From a virus: DNA of 64,000 nt. Below, one piece after another: positions 20,101-28,707 of the stretch. The notes beneath the pieces were generated by a model that did no database searches, was not told the origin of the DNA, and saw only the letters and a program-made list of their open reading frames with translations. A program made the position numbers and the translations under genes. The stretch lies in the IMG/VR virus record IMGVR_UViG_3300035670_000027; one strand, 5' to 3'. Each line of letters starts with the position of its first letter. Position 1 is the stretch's first letter.

Positions 20101-22284
20101 AATACCTCTTTCAAATGCAATTTCACGAATACTTAAGTTTTTATCGTCAAACTTAGATGTGCGTGGTCCAACAAGTACTTGATCAATAACCTCAGGCGTG
20201 ATTTCAACTTCACGAATGCTTCCAGAGTATGGTAGATTGACGCCAACAGGGTACAAAGAGAGGAAACTGCTGAGAGCAAGAGGTCTTGGTGTCTGATCGA
20301 TCTGACTTCTAAATTCTGCCTGAAGACCAATGATGGATGTAATAACGATTTCACCAAAGAACTCAAGACCAGCCGGGTGAACAGTTTCTTTCACCAACTC
20401 TTTATAGGCATCAATAATCAGACCGCTTCGAATCACATACGAAAAGTCTTGATAGAAGAATGAGTCTTGAATAATCTTGAAGTTTACTTTACCATCATCG
20501 TTTGTAAAGAATCCACGATTGACATTTAAACCAGAAATGATTGCTTCAAGATTTGCATTGCCATCGCCAACTGTGGTTGCGCTAACATTCGCACTACTAA
20601 AGTTAATACCAGGATTTCGAATATCTATCTGACGAATTGAACCAATACCTACTGAGTTATTTGCAATGTCTACTGTGACATTAGCACTCACACCTTGAAT
20701 GTTGTTGACTGTAAACGATGCATTGGCACCACTTACGGTATTCGCAGATTCAAGTGTAAGAACGGGAAGATTAGCAGAAGTATATCCACTACCTAAATTT
20801 GTTAGTTCAATTCGTAAGATTGGACCTATATTTGTCCAGTCTTCTGATTTGATTGCACTCTTAAGTCCGTTGACTTCTTGTTCTTGTAAAAGAACAAAGT
20901 CATCTTCAAACAAAAGATTGTCTTCACCATATGGTGCGGTATTACCAACAGATGCGACTTCACCGGCGGCATTAGTTCCAGCACCGCCCGTAAATGTGAG
21001 TGTCTCACCAACCGCATAGTTATTACCAGAATCGGTAATTGTAATCAGTCTTTCAGAAAGAAGACCAAGTGCTTGAATGGTTGTGTCTACAAGTGTAATA
21101 TCTGGCGTTCTTTGATATCCAGAACCACGATTTGAAATTTGAATGTTGGTAGTGTCACCAACAACAAATGTATTGCTACCATCAGTTACGGTATATGTGT
21201 TTGCAATTGATGATACAATAATCGCAAGATTGTTTCCAGCAGTATCAGTATTGTCTATTGAGGCTCTTGTGTTTAGTCGATAACCATAGCCTGGTGTATT
21301 AACGATAATGCGATTGATTGGTCCTGTGCTGATTGAAGAAACTTCTGCGGTCGCTTCAGCACCATCACCAGTAATTGTAAGTTGATCACCTACTGAGTAT
21401 CCAGAACCACCATCAATGATTCGAATATCACCAATGACACCAAAAACTTCGGTTGAAAGTCTTGGTTGTAAAACATCTGCAACAGTTTCGCCTGCTTCAA
21501 ACTCACCAGAAACAAGTTTTAAGTTAAACTCTGCAAACTGAACACCACCAAGAAATGAAATCGAAATGTTAACAACAGTACCAACGGCACCTGATGTTTG
21601 ACCACGAATTGTTTTATTCAGAAAGTCAAAAATCTCACCAACAGGAAAAGCATTTGTGTTTGTAGGAATAACACGAATCAGACTTGTCTTTTCAAACTTG
21701 CCATCTGATACACGAAGAATGTCATCGCCAGGAAAACGAATTTCGATGTTTTCATCAAAGAATGCTTTGAAAAGAAAACGATACGCCTCTTCAGTAGACT
21801 TTGATTGTAGAAGGTCACGAATGCGATTATAAAGTAATCTACGATCCGATTCAGATGTAGATGGATAACCTCGATTTAATTCATCTTTGAGAAGTTGAAA
21901 GAATTCGTCACCAGAAACATATTGACTGCGAGAATCTTTTAATCTTGCAGATTCACGAATCACATTGTCTTTAACATTAGCAACCGTTGCGGTTGCGCCA
22001 GATGTTGAGCCAGTAATTATTTCTGTAGAATCTAATGGCTTTTCCGTTGACATTACAACGATGATTTCGTTTGTACCAACAGAGAAAACAACGCCGGTGG
22101 CTTTACTGTCGGCACCAGTAATCACCTCACCTTTTACAAATGTTCCAGAAACACCTGTAAGGGTAAGTTTAGTACTCTGTAAAAACCTATAGTAATCCTT
22201 CAGAAATTGAAGGAAACTCTCATCACTTAAAGTGGGAAAGAGTGTGTCTAAACTGAGTGACGGATTTGAATCGCCTTTTGCCAT
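17185..22284 (-). CDS. gp7: Baseplate wedge initiator gp7-like protein with long repetitive C-terminal extension
   Basis: FLQFLKDYYRFL, SKSTEEAYRFLFKAFF, IQDSFFYQDFSYVIRS..VHPAGLEFFG; lies between gp6 and gp8. Confidence 0.8.
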   Translation of the reverse strand: MAKGDSNPSLSLDTLFPTLSDESFLQFLKDYYRFLQSTKLTLTGVSGTFVKGEVITGADSKATGVVFSVGTNEIIVVMSTEKPLDSTEIITGSTSGATATVANVKDNVIRESARLKDSRSQYVSGDEFFQLLKDELNRGYPSTSESDRRLLYNRIRDLLQSKSTEEAYRFLFKAFFDENIEIRFPGDDILRVSDGKFEKTSLIRVIPTNTNAFPVGEIFDFLNKTIRGQTSGAVGTVVNISISFLGGVQFAEFNLKLVSGEFEAGETVADVLQPRLSTEVFGVIGDIRIIDGGSGYSVGDQLTITGDGAEATAEVSSISTGPINRIIVNTPGYGYRLNTRASIDNTDTAGNNLAIIVSSIANTYTVTDGSNTFVVGDTTNIQISNRGSGYQRTPDITLVDTTIQALGLLSERLITITDSGNNYAVGETLTFTGGAGTNAAGEVASVGNTAPYGEDNLLFEDDFVLLQEQEVNGLKSAIKSEDWTNIGPILRIELTNLGSGYTSANLPVLTLESANTVSGANASFTVNNIQGVSANVTVDIANNSVGIGSIRQIDIRNPGINFSSANVSATTVGDGNANLEAIISGLNVNRGFFTNDDGKVNFKIIQDSFFYQDFSYVIRSGLIIDAYKELVKETVHPAGLEFFGEIVITSIIGLQAEFRSQIDQTPRPLALSSFLSLYPVGVNLPYSGSIREVEITPEVIDQVLVGPRTSKFDDKNLSIREIAFERGISVPADFTREITNKIYLFIDVALFPTFSDIQTGTIPTIPVELDYILSGISNIVDTHREYQIEIAPIRMEQPLAVRDFNVREIEIVKNIDVAVDIDRVKTFDFIGTTYGDIFVQRLQNDLISSFSTITFLDESGLEQQIFRERADRQGLEIDIELVSTDLQAEVVPSTSFGTESEVPLFVSVPLIRSFVDEIVNRLELYIDVSPEIVYNDVQILETAISDVTIQIFSIAQDTLRYGDILISQLASEQISEYASTSFRDTFIVPLSPARTYQRVEVDIELPLVTVIASVQPFRIAVDRLRLPTLGLGISVIDATINFEGTSYEIDVRPDNIFSTLRVIPQNTGRVKTLRYFVPPLTATIPNIYEVIKIQPELDLAPIPRMKLEIDVPPGFTAPFKEQIKDIQIATLASEIIGNVDPVEDYSNKTFLDTAYRYQSMSKTDIDYRIEIYQFIDSRMRFYSEILTMTNREMTVELEVFSGPVDVSTRHGRTVTVNYFSFGDVPLTDFADQTISAYSSTAFNDPPGISFTREVPSTFYEIDIEPVRSQVVSLFIPTVEHLGNTERQISLYADLRMAFYSEIYTMTNRVHTTEIEIQTEVSIAAIAPQETAINYVIAPAVIDVSLAGVTDFNIREIEITPATMDLRMAFYAEIYTMTNRVHTTEIEIQSGTNVIASFRKTFELDIAPNPRTVIGEEDVQVYEDELIRSFASSTFNDSVNRNAVSLNTTIEVINFIELDALDSRMRFYTEVLTMTNREMTVEIDVIGEKVDVSTTHSKLESISYYQYADVPIVNYASETIASYAANTLNESPGVSFTREIPLSSYDIEIHSFEDASPDFNANITPFGDELLATFASEQIQTIATLTFENEYSNLNISKNVFIDGTVTFTDPSFAGLAIRRLSLEQIDSYSTDIFTNASGSNTSVIGTNTSFTTAFTVGGTLITLTEKFLISSIANNEYLEVNVNPEENYNDASVYREYFV
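17838..18760 (-). repeat. Internal coding repeats in gp7 (four copies of DxRMxFYxExxTMTNR)
   Basis: Near-identical DNA at about 18122-18195 and 18335-18408; related copies at about 17838-17906 and 18695-18760. Confidence 0.85.
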
Positions 22285-22289
22285 CTTAA

Positions 22290-24113
22290 TTATCTTCTAA
22301 CTAAACTGATTTGTGTATCGTCTGTAATGTTGACTGTGATATCTTCGTCTTCGATGGTTAGAATTTGTCCTCTAAGTGGTAGAATGTCTAATTCAGATGG
22401 CACGGCAGTAATTCTAAGTGTGGTACCGCCGTCTGCAAATGAATCTGGTGCAAAGTTTGTAAGAATAATTTTTCCTGTAGCGTAATCAATTGTTCCAACA
22501 TTCTGTGAAACACCAACAATGTCAGTACGAACAATTCGAAACACACGAATAAAACCGTTATTTTCTTCTAAGAAACAGTTTGGCAATCCCTGAAATGTAA
22601 ATCCGTTTGTTGAAATCTGAGAGACAACACCATATGGGAATGTTGCTGGTCTACCTCTTGTAACTGAATTGATTGGGTTTGAAAAGTTAATTTCATATCG
22701 TGTACCAACACCCAACTGAATCGCAGTTTCTTTTCTCAAACGAATTGTCATTGTATTGTTGAGAATTGATCTCTCAGTATTGTCGATAAGTTTTGTCAGT
22801 TTAGAATATCTAAAGTATTTTGAAAACTGGTCTAGATCGTCATCGTTATATTTTTTAATTGTGTCAATCACTAATGATTTTAAACTCTCTCCAGTGATTG
22901 TTGTAAGTCTTGGATCGTATTTAACATTAGCGGTAACTGTAAGAAAGATAAATTCTGGATCAACAATTTCTGTTTGTACTGTAAGAATTTTCTTTGGCTT
23001 GATAACTGTATCAATAATCGCAGTCTTTTCAAACGCAGTAAGTGCGGTACCTGTTGTTGGTCGAATTGCAATGAATACACGACCATATTGTGGTGGGTCA
23101 TTATCCTCACCACCCCATACTGCGGCAGAACCCACATTGGGTTGTCTCAGTATGAGTGCTAAGTAATCTTCGGCGGTTACTGTTCTATTTTGTGCAGTAT
23201 AAAATTTTGGTGCATTGAAACGCACACGCTCAATCGATTCTCTCTCTTCACCACCTGATGCTGGTCCATCTGCCGTCCATGTGAGTGAAGTGACGCCACT
23301 TACTGTGGTAACAAGTGTTAGATTTGTAATTCCGTTACCACCGGCACCATCTGAAACAATGTAGTCGATGAATACAATGTTACCAGGGTCTAATGCACGA
23401 CCAACAACATTGTCGCCAAAGAACAATTCAAACTTGCCATCTTCAACTTCTTCTAAGAAGTATGCAAGTGTTGTTCCTGTAACTTCAACCACATTGGCTG
23501 GATTAATGAACACTCTTGTTGTGGTATCGGATGCAGAGGTTTGCACACGAACTAGAATTGTCGATGTGTCTGCATTGGCGTTATTGATTAGAAATCTTTG
23601 GTCAGGATCATTTGCATTGACAACATATCTTTCTGTTGCAAAGCGACCTTGAATTAATTGAACATCTGTTTCTTGATATGTGCTACCTGTTGTATTGAAA
23701 AGCGTAACTGGTTCTGGTGTTAGAAATGCGTATGTGGTGCCATCAACTGTACCTTCAAATCTTGTGTATCTTGGCAAGTCAATAACTGTAGGTCCGCCTG
23801 TTGCAGTAGCAGTAATTGTACCAAAGATTCTTGCAGATGATCTTGATCTTGGTGTGTAGTTTAGACTTCTTGCCAGATTGACAACCGAATTTCTTCTTTG
23901 TGCAGTTGCAAGAAAGTTTTCTGTAGCGGCAAGATTTAGATATGTTGCATTGTAATAGGTATTGTATGCTAGAACATCTAGAAGAATGTTAATACCAGAA
24001 GCATCAAAGTTTACATCAAGAAATTGATCTTGTTGTTTAAGAAAAGATTTTAAATTGTCTTTGATGGTTTCAAAGTTTAACTCATCAACTCTTAGATTTG
24101 TAGGGGTCGCCAT
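22290..24113 (-). CDS. gp6: Baseplate wedge subunit gp6
   Basis: ELNFETIKDNLKSFL, LLDVLAYNTYYNA, AQNRTVTAEDY, WGGEDNDPPQYGRVFI, GTIDYATG. Confidence 0.95.
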   Translation of the reverse strand: MATPTNLRVDELNFETIKDNLKSFLKQQDQFLDVNFDASGINILLDVLAYNTYYNATYLNLAATENFLATAQRRNSVVNLARSLNYTPRSRSSARIFGTITATATGGPTVIDLPRYTRFEGTVDGTTYAFLTPEPVTLFNTTGSTYQETDVQLIQGRFATERYVVNANDPDQRFLINNANADTSTILVRVQTSASDTTTRVFINPANVVEVTGTTLAYFLEEVEDGKFELFFGDNVVGRALDPGNIVFIDYIVSDGAGGNGITNLTLVTTVSGVTSLTWTADGPASGGEERESIERVRFNAPKFYTAQNRTVTAEDYLALILRQPNVGSAAVWGGEDNDPPQYGRVFIAIRPTTGTALTAFEKTAIIDTVIKPKKILTVQTEIVDPEFIFLTVTANVKYDPRLTTITGESLKSLVIDTIKKYNDDDLDQFSKYFRYSKLTKLIDNTERSILNNTMTIRLRKETAIQLGVGTRYEINFSNPINSVTRGRPATFPYGVVSQISTNGFTFQGLPNCFLEENNGFIRVFRIVRTDIVGVSQNVGTIDYATGKIILTNFAPDSFADGGTTLRITAVPSELDILPLRGQILTIEDEDITVNITDDTQISLVRR

Positions 24114-24503
24114 TTATCTTACTCTTGTAGTAACGGTTGTTTCGACTGTTTGAACTCTAGAGAAACCTGTCACACGATATGTAATTACCACTTTGATACC
24201 ATTCTGTTCATCAAGTTTAGATTCAATTGTGATCAACTGAACTCTTGGCTCATGTTCTCTAATTGCTCTTGCAATTTCTTTATTGATTTCAATTTCTGTA
24301 TCATAGTCTATTGTTTCGAACAAGTAACGATCTAAGTCTACGCCAAAGTTTGGTCGAAACGGTCTCGTTCCAATCTTTGTTCGGAGTAGATTGATAAGTG
24401 CCTTTTTAACTGCTTCTTCGTTTTTTGCCAGCGACAAATCATTTGTGACTGGATTCACACGAAAGATAAGCGGCACATCTTTAAAAAATACTTGTTCTGC
24501 CAT
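24114..24503 (-). CDS. gp25: Baseplate wedge subunit gp25
   Basis: NEEAVKKALINLLRT..G.RPFRPNFG, IREHEPRV. Confidence 0.92.
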   Translation of the reverse strand: MAEQVFFKDVPLIFRVNPVTNDLSLAKNEEAVKKALINLLRTKIGTRPFRPNFGVDLDRYLFETIDYDTEIEINKEIARAIREHEPRVQLITIESKLDEQNGIKVVITYRVTGFSRVQTVETTVTTRVR

Positions 24504-24513
24504 GATTGATTAT

Positions 24514-24699
24514 TTATTCTTTTGTTTCCGTAGTTTTGCTATCTTGTATCTCTTTTCTTCTTTCTTTTGCGGCTTTTGTGAATTCGGCAAGTGCTTTTCT
24601 TGCTCTCGTACCTGCGGCTTTGACGCCTTTATCGGTAAACTTCTCATTTTCTTTCAAGTATGTGTCAAACAAACTTACAAGTGTTTCGTGATTGGTCAT
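24514..24699 (-). CDS. Histone H1-like (Hc1-family) small basic protein
   Basis: ENEKFTDKGVKAAGTRARKALAE...RRKEIQ; AAGGA SD. Confidence 0.75.
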   Translation of the reverse strand: MTNHETLVSLFDTYLKENEKFTDKGVKAAGTRARKALAEFTKAAKERRKEIQDSKTTETKE

Positions 24700-24719
24700 G
24701 GTAATAATCCTTTAAAAAG

Positions 24720-24748
24720 TTGACATTCTATTGACATTCGACTAAAAT
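24720..24748 (+). promoter_or_regulatory. Sigma70-type promoter antisense to gp5 (TTGACA-N17-TAAAAT), containing an 11-bp-period TTGACATTC direct repeat
   Basis: TTGACA 24720-24725, TAAAAT 24743-24748. Confidence 0.55.
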
Positions 24749-24766
24749 AACTGTGTAGCCTTTCAT

Positions 24767-25591
24767 TTAAGGTGTATTTGCCTCCGGTAATGTCTTTGCT
24801 ACTTCAATCTGTTCATCCATCAATTTAATCTTTGATGTGAGAGAATAGGAACCACCATTTCCTGACACAATGATATCTCCAGTTCCCCCTCCTGCAATCA
24901 ATTCAATGTTACCATTCGTGAACATTCGAATTGACGATGATCCTCTTTGAATATTTATGACCCCATTTGAACAAGCCGCCAACGAAATTGTGCTACAACC
25001 CATTGTCATGCTTGCATTGCTGGTTGTTGCCGTGTTGGCAACTCTCAGTTTAATCTGACCAGTCTGTCCATCGTCATCTAATGTGATAACTGGTCCTTTT
25101 TGATGCTTGATTGTAATGTCATTGTTTGCCGCCATCGTAAAAGTGTTTCGATTTTTGTGCGTTAGCGTAATCGATTCTGCTGAAGTGGCATCTTGAAAGT
25201 CAAGTGTATGACCTGATCTTGTAGTGATTGAAAAACTCTCTGCATTGACTGTGTTTGCAAAGTTTCTTTTTTCTTTTCTATAGCGACCAAACGAACCTGA
25301 ACCGCTTGGTATGCCTGGCAGATATCCGAGAATGGCAGGCTCTTCGGCTTCATCGGCATCTAAGAAGAATCCAAAAACCCAATCGCCTAATTCTGGTCGA
25401 CCATATGCATTTGGTATGTTTGTGGGCATAATTGTATACGCCCAAGGCAAATCGCTGGTGTCTAATCTACCAGAAGAATATTCAGGATGATAACCAAAGA
25501 TGCGAACCTTCGCACGACCTAGTAGTAGATCGTCTCCAATATCTTCGACAACACCAATCCACCAAACAAAACCATCTTTACCAAGAAACAT
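24767..25591 (-). CDS. gp5: Baseplate hub/spike gp5 (OB-fold plus short beta-helix, no lysozyme domain)
   Basis: FVWWIGVVEDI.D..LGRAKVRIFGYH, LPWA, G.WVFGFFLD..EPAILG, TRSGHTL. Confidence 0.88.
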   Translation of the reverse strand: MFLGKDGFVWWIGVVEDIGDDLLLGRAKVRIFGYHPEYSSGRLDTSDLPWAYTIMPTNIPNAYGRPELGDWVFGFFLDADEAEEPAILGYLPGIPSGSGSFGRYRKEKRNFANTVNAESFSITTRSGHTLDFQDATSAESITLTHKNRNTFTMAANNDITIKHQKGPVITLDDDGQTGQIKLRVANTATTSNASMTMGCSTISLAACSNGVINIQRGSSSIRMFTNGNIELIAGGGTGDIIVSGNGGSYSLTSKIKLMDEQIEVAKTLPEANTP

Positions 25592-25593
25592 AC

Positions 25594-25824
25594 TTAACCT
25601 TTATGTTTGAAATACTGAATTCTTCTTTCTTGTTCACGAAACCACTCATCAGATGGTTTGCCTTCGCCTTTGTAATAAACAAGAGGGCGTCCAGTCTTCT
25701 TTGAAACGATTGCCCATCGACCATCAACTTGCTTGAGTGTCTCAAGTATCTCTGGTCCGTAAACATCTTCTTCCCACTCTTCAATTGAAGCAGGTGTAGA
25801 TATGTATTGCTTGAATCTTTTCAT
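25594..25824 (-). CDS. Small protein with T4-like capsid-targeting N-terminus
   Basis: MKRFKQYIS..IEE N-terminus; C-terminal ERRIQYFKH. Confidence 0.65.
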   Translation of the reverse strand: MKRFKQYISTPASIEEWEEDVYGPEILETLKQVDGRWAIVSKKTGRPLVYYKGEGKPSDEWFREQERRIQYFKHKG

Positions 25825-26774
25825 AGTTTGTCCAATTCTGAGGTATCTAATGCGTCTTCTGGAACATTATCTTTGATCCAAGCATACAATTGTTTTTTCA
25901 CCTCAGCATCATTTGTAATTGACTTACCTGGTTTCTTCAATGTAAGGTAAGTAAAGTTGCCTACAACTTTTCTACCTTTGATATCTTTGTAGTGTTCGCC
26001 TGTTTTCGGATCAACAATGAACATTGTATTCTGTGGATTGTTGAGAACAACATAAATGCCGCCATCAACTTCTCTTGGAAAACCTGTACGAACAAGTGTG
26101 ACAACTGTTTTTGCCGCACCACGATGCGTTTTCAATAAAATATCTTGTGGTACAACTCTTGATCTTTTTGCGTTGTTTTGAATTGCAATCTCATAGTTTG
26201 TAAGAACCCAAGTCACATGAATATCTTTTGCTTGATAGCCAACCTTAAGTAACATTGGTATGTAAGTGTTCATGTCATCCATGTCAGCAAAGGTTGTATC
26301 AAAAAGAATGTTTGGTAGAGTACCTTCTTTTGCATTGTCGAGAATCAAATCAAGCGTTTTGTTTTTTGCACCTGTTGCACGAACAAGGATGTGAAGCAAG
26401 TAAACATGTGTAGGATTTCTAAGATCAAGGCGACTGAGTTTAATGTCTTTGTCAGTCATCTCTTTTTGAACGAGGTCTCTATCATTTGGGCTTAGTTTAT
26501 CGCCATATTTGTCAAGCAACTGTTGCGTAGTAAATTTATCTAAGCGACTGAGTTTTTGAAAGGCAAGTTTCAATTCGTCAACATCACGAACCTTGAACTT
26601 GTCACCTTCCATAAAGTTATTGATAGCAAACCCTTTGCCTGAACCAGCACCACCTGCAAGAAAAACAATCTGCCCGTATCTCTTACCATTGCTATACATG
26701 ATAAGTTTTTCTAACAAAGGCTGATAGGCTTCGTAGTCTGTTCTTTGTACATATTCTGAGAAAGAAAGTTTCAT
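25821..26774 (-). CDS. P-loop kinase (zeta-toxin/AAA_33-like)
   Basis: Walker A IVFLAGGAGSGKG, NILFDTT Walker B-like motif, NAKRSRVVP lid-like motif. Confidence 0.75.
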   Translation of the reverse strand: MKLSFSEYVQRTDYEAYQPLLEKLIMYSNGKRYGQIVFLAGGAGSGKGFAINNFMEGDKFKVRDVDELKLAFQKLSRLDKFTTQQLLDKYGDKLSPNDRDLVQKEMTDKDIKLSRLDLRNPTHVYLLHILVRATGAKNKTLDLILDNAKEGTLPNILFDTTFADMDDMNTYIPMLLKVGYQAKDIHVTWVLTNYEIAIQNNAKRSRVVPQDILLKTHRGAAKTVVTLVRTGFPREVDGGIYVVLNNPQNTMFIVDPKTGEHYKDIKGRKVVGNFTYLTLKKPGKSITNDAEVKKQLYAWIKDNVPEDALDTSELDKL

Positions 26775-26785
26775 CAGTTATCCTT

Positions 26786-28183
26786 TTATGCTATTTCTTC
26801 TGCCGCAGAGAATCTTTCGACAAGTGTATCAATGTCGAATCTGAGTGATCCACGACTTAATTCTAAAGTTTTAGTATATGATTTAGGGGTTAAAAAATGT
26901 TTTGTTGCAGTTACCATGTACTTGCCAGAATAAACTTGATCTTCATGTGGTACCGGGCTTTCATATCGAATTGTTTTTGATGCTTGACTTGGTATGCTTA
27001 ACTCAATTAAATTGCCCACACCAATTTTATTTGTTGCACCAGAAATTTGAACGGTAACTCTGATGCCACTATTTAAAACAGAACCATAAGTGTCGAACTT
27101 CAACCATTGATTCTTGTTTGTAATTGTGTCGTTTCTTGGTCTTACGATCAATCTCTCAATTGTTGTTGTATCGTAATCTGTAAAAATATTATTGCGGTCA
27201 ACAAATCTGTTGTTATAGATTGTTTTTAGATTGTCTTCAGATTCATTGAGATAATCTAACTTAGTGTCTGTATAATTTTGATTGATTAAGTCTAGTGTGC
27301 GAATTCGTGAATTGTAGAATCCTGATTTTGTAAATGCCATGTGGTCAAAGTTTTGTTCTAATCTCACATAGAAGGTTGAAACATTTGATTCGCTTTCGTT
27401 TTCATCAATGTAGTTGACTTTACTTGTGTTTGGTTCATAAGTAATTTTTGGTATTGAATTGTTCTCTGTCCAAAATTCTTTAAGTGTATTAAATCCAATG
27501 AATGCGTGGGTAAAGTTTTCTGTTGGATTTTTCGCAAAGCGTTCAAAGAAAAGAAAATAGTCACCATCTACACATGCTCTTTTGGCTAACATGTTAATTG
27601 CGTCTAATGGTCTTTTGCCTGGGCATACAAATGCATTGTTCAAAAAGATATTGCTATTGTGAACGGCAATGTTGTTAGTGTCGCCAATTTCAGAGAAGAG
27701 TTTTTGTACGATGCTTACTAGATTTCGATCTGAACCAAAACTCTTGAAGACTTTTTTCTTCATCGAATTGATAGATGATCTTGATGTAAAGAATAGATCA
27801 TATGTTCTAAAATTGTTTTGTGTGAAAACAATTGGCGATAACTTTGTGACAATTAAATCGTCACGGCTAAGAATAATTTCGTTTTGACCATTTGGTTTTA
27901 ACGCACGAATGGCAATCTCTTCGCCACCTGTGATAATGAATTTCTCAATACCACCAACATAGTCTTTGATGCGAATTCTACCTTCAATCGAATATTTGAA
28001 AACATCTTCAAAGACTTCTATCTCAGTAAAAACATTGCCAAGTTCAACAATTTGATTGTTTTTTAATTTGATACGCAAAGTGTCAAGCGTGTATGTGCCT
28101 TGAAAATGCACTCCAGTTTGTTGTTGTGGAATGTAATCTTCACTATTGAAAGATTCACTATCAGGAAAGTTTAAAAGGCTCAT
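26786..28183 (-). CDS. Baseplate hub gp27-like tail protein
   Basis: IEVFEDVF..IEGRIRIKD, FLFFE, C-terminal YSGKYMVTATKHFL..YTKTLELSR typical of contractile-tail hub proteins. Confidence 0.72.
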   Translation of the reverse strand: MSLLNFPDSESFNSEDYIPQQQTGVHFQGTYTLDTLRIKLKNNQIVELGNVFTEIEVFEDVFKYSIEGRIRIKDYVGGIEKFIITGGEEIAIRALKPNGQNEIILSRDDLIVTKLSPIVFTQNNFRTYDLFFTSRSSINSMKKKVFKSFGSDRNLVSIVQKLFSEIGDTNNIAVHNSNIFLNNAFVCPGKRPLDAINMLAKRACVDGDYFLFFERFAKNPTENFTHAFIGFNTLKEFWTENNSIPKITYEPNTSKVNYIDENESESNVSTFYVRLEQNFDHMAFTKSGFYNSRIRTLDLINQNYTDTKLDYLNESEDNLKTIYNNRFVDRNNIFTDYDTTTIERLIVRPRNDTITNKNQWLKFDTYGSVLNSGIRVTVQISGATNKIGVGNLIELSIPSQASKTIRYESPVPHEDQVYSGKYMVTATKHFLTPKSYTKTLELSRGSLRFDIDTLVERFSAAEEIA

Positions 28184-28704
28184 CTTTGTGTCAACAATTC
28201 TTGTAAGTCGCTCTCAAAACGAACAATGTATGGAAGTTCTAGCACACGAATACGAGACTTTTCGTCATTCAAACGAGTTTCATATTCGTAAAAAGTTTCT
28301 CTAAACTTTCTTGCGCCTGGTAATGTCTGCCAATATTCTTCGCTTACAATGTCTCCATCTGCGGTATAGTAATATTTGTATCCAGTTCTTGCGGCAGAAA
28401 CACTTCCATACTTTTCGATGATGTAGTTTTCAAATGTCTTATCATCTTTTGGCCATTGATCATAAACACTTTCGATATTATTAACCATCAATAGAATGTA
28501 CTCATAGTATGGAGTGCCATAGAGAAGATTTGAAACGGCATCTGGTCGATCACCATTCTGTACTGTATATGGTTGAATTGCAATCGCATTGTAATTTTTA
28601 AGTGCCTGCTTAATTTTAGCAGAAATCGTAATGTCAACTACTTTTAGTTCCGTAAACGGATCGATCTGATATTTGATCTTTGGATAAAAAGAATATAGTG
28701 CCAT
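28180..28704 (-). CDS. gp53: Baseplate wedge gp53 (LysM-like)
   Basis: YTVQNGDRPDAVSNLLYG..Y.YILLMVNNI, QWP, YEYETRLNDEKSRIRVL. Confidence 0.9.
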   Translation of the reverse strand: MALYSFYPKIKYQIDPFTELKVVDITISAKIKQALKNYNAIAIQPYTVQNGDRPDAVSNLLYGTPYYEYILLMVNNIESVYDQWPKDDKTFENYIIEKYGSVSAARTGYKYYYTADGDIVSEEYWQTLPGARKFRETFYEYETRLNDEKSRIRVLELPYIVRFESDLQELLTQR

Positions 28705-28707
28705 GGC

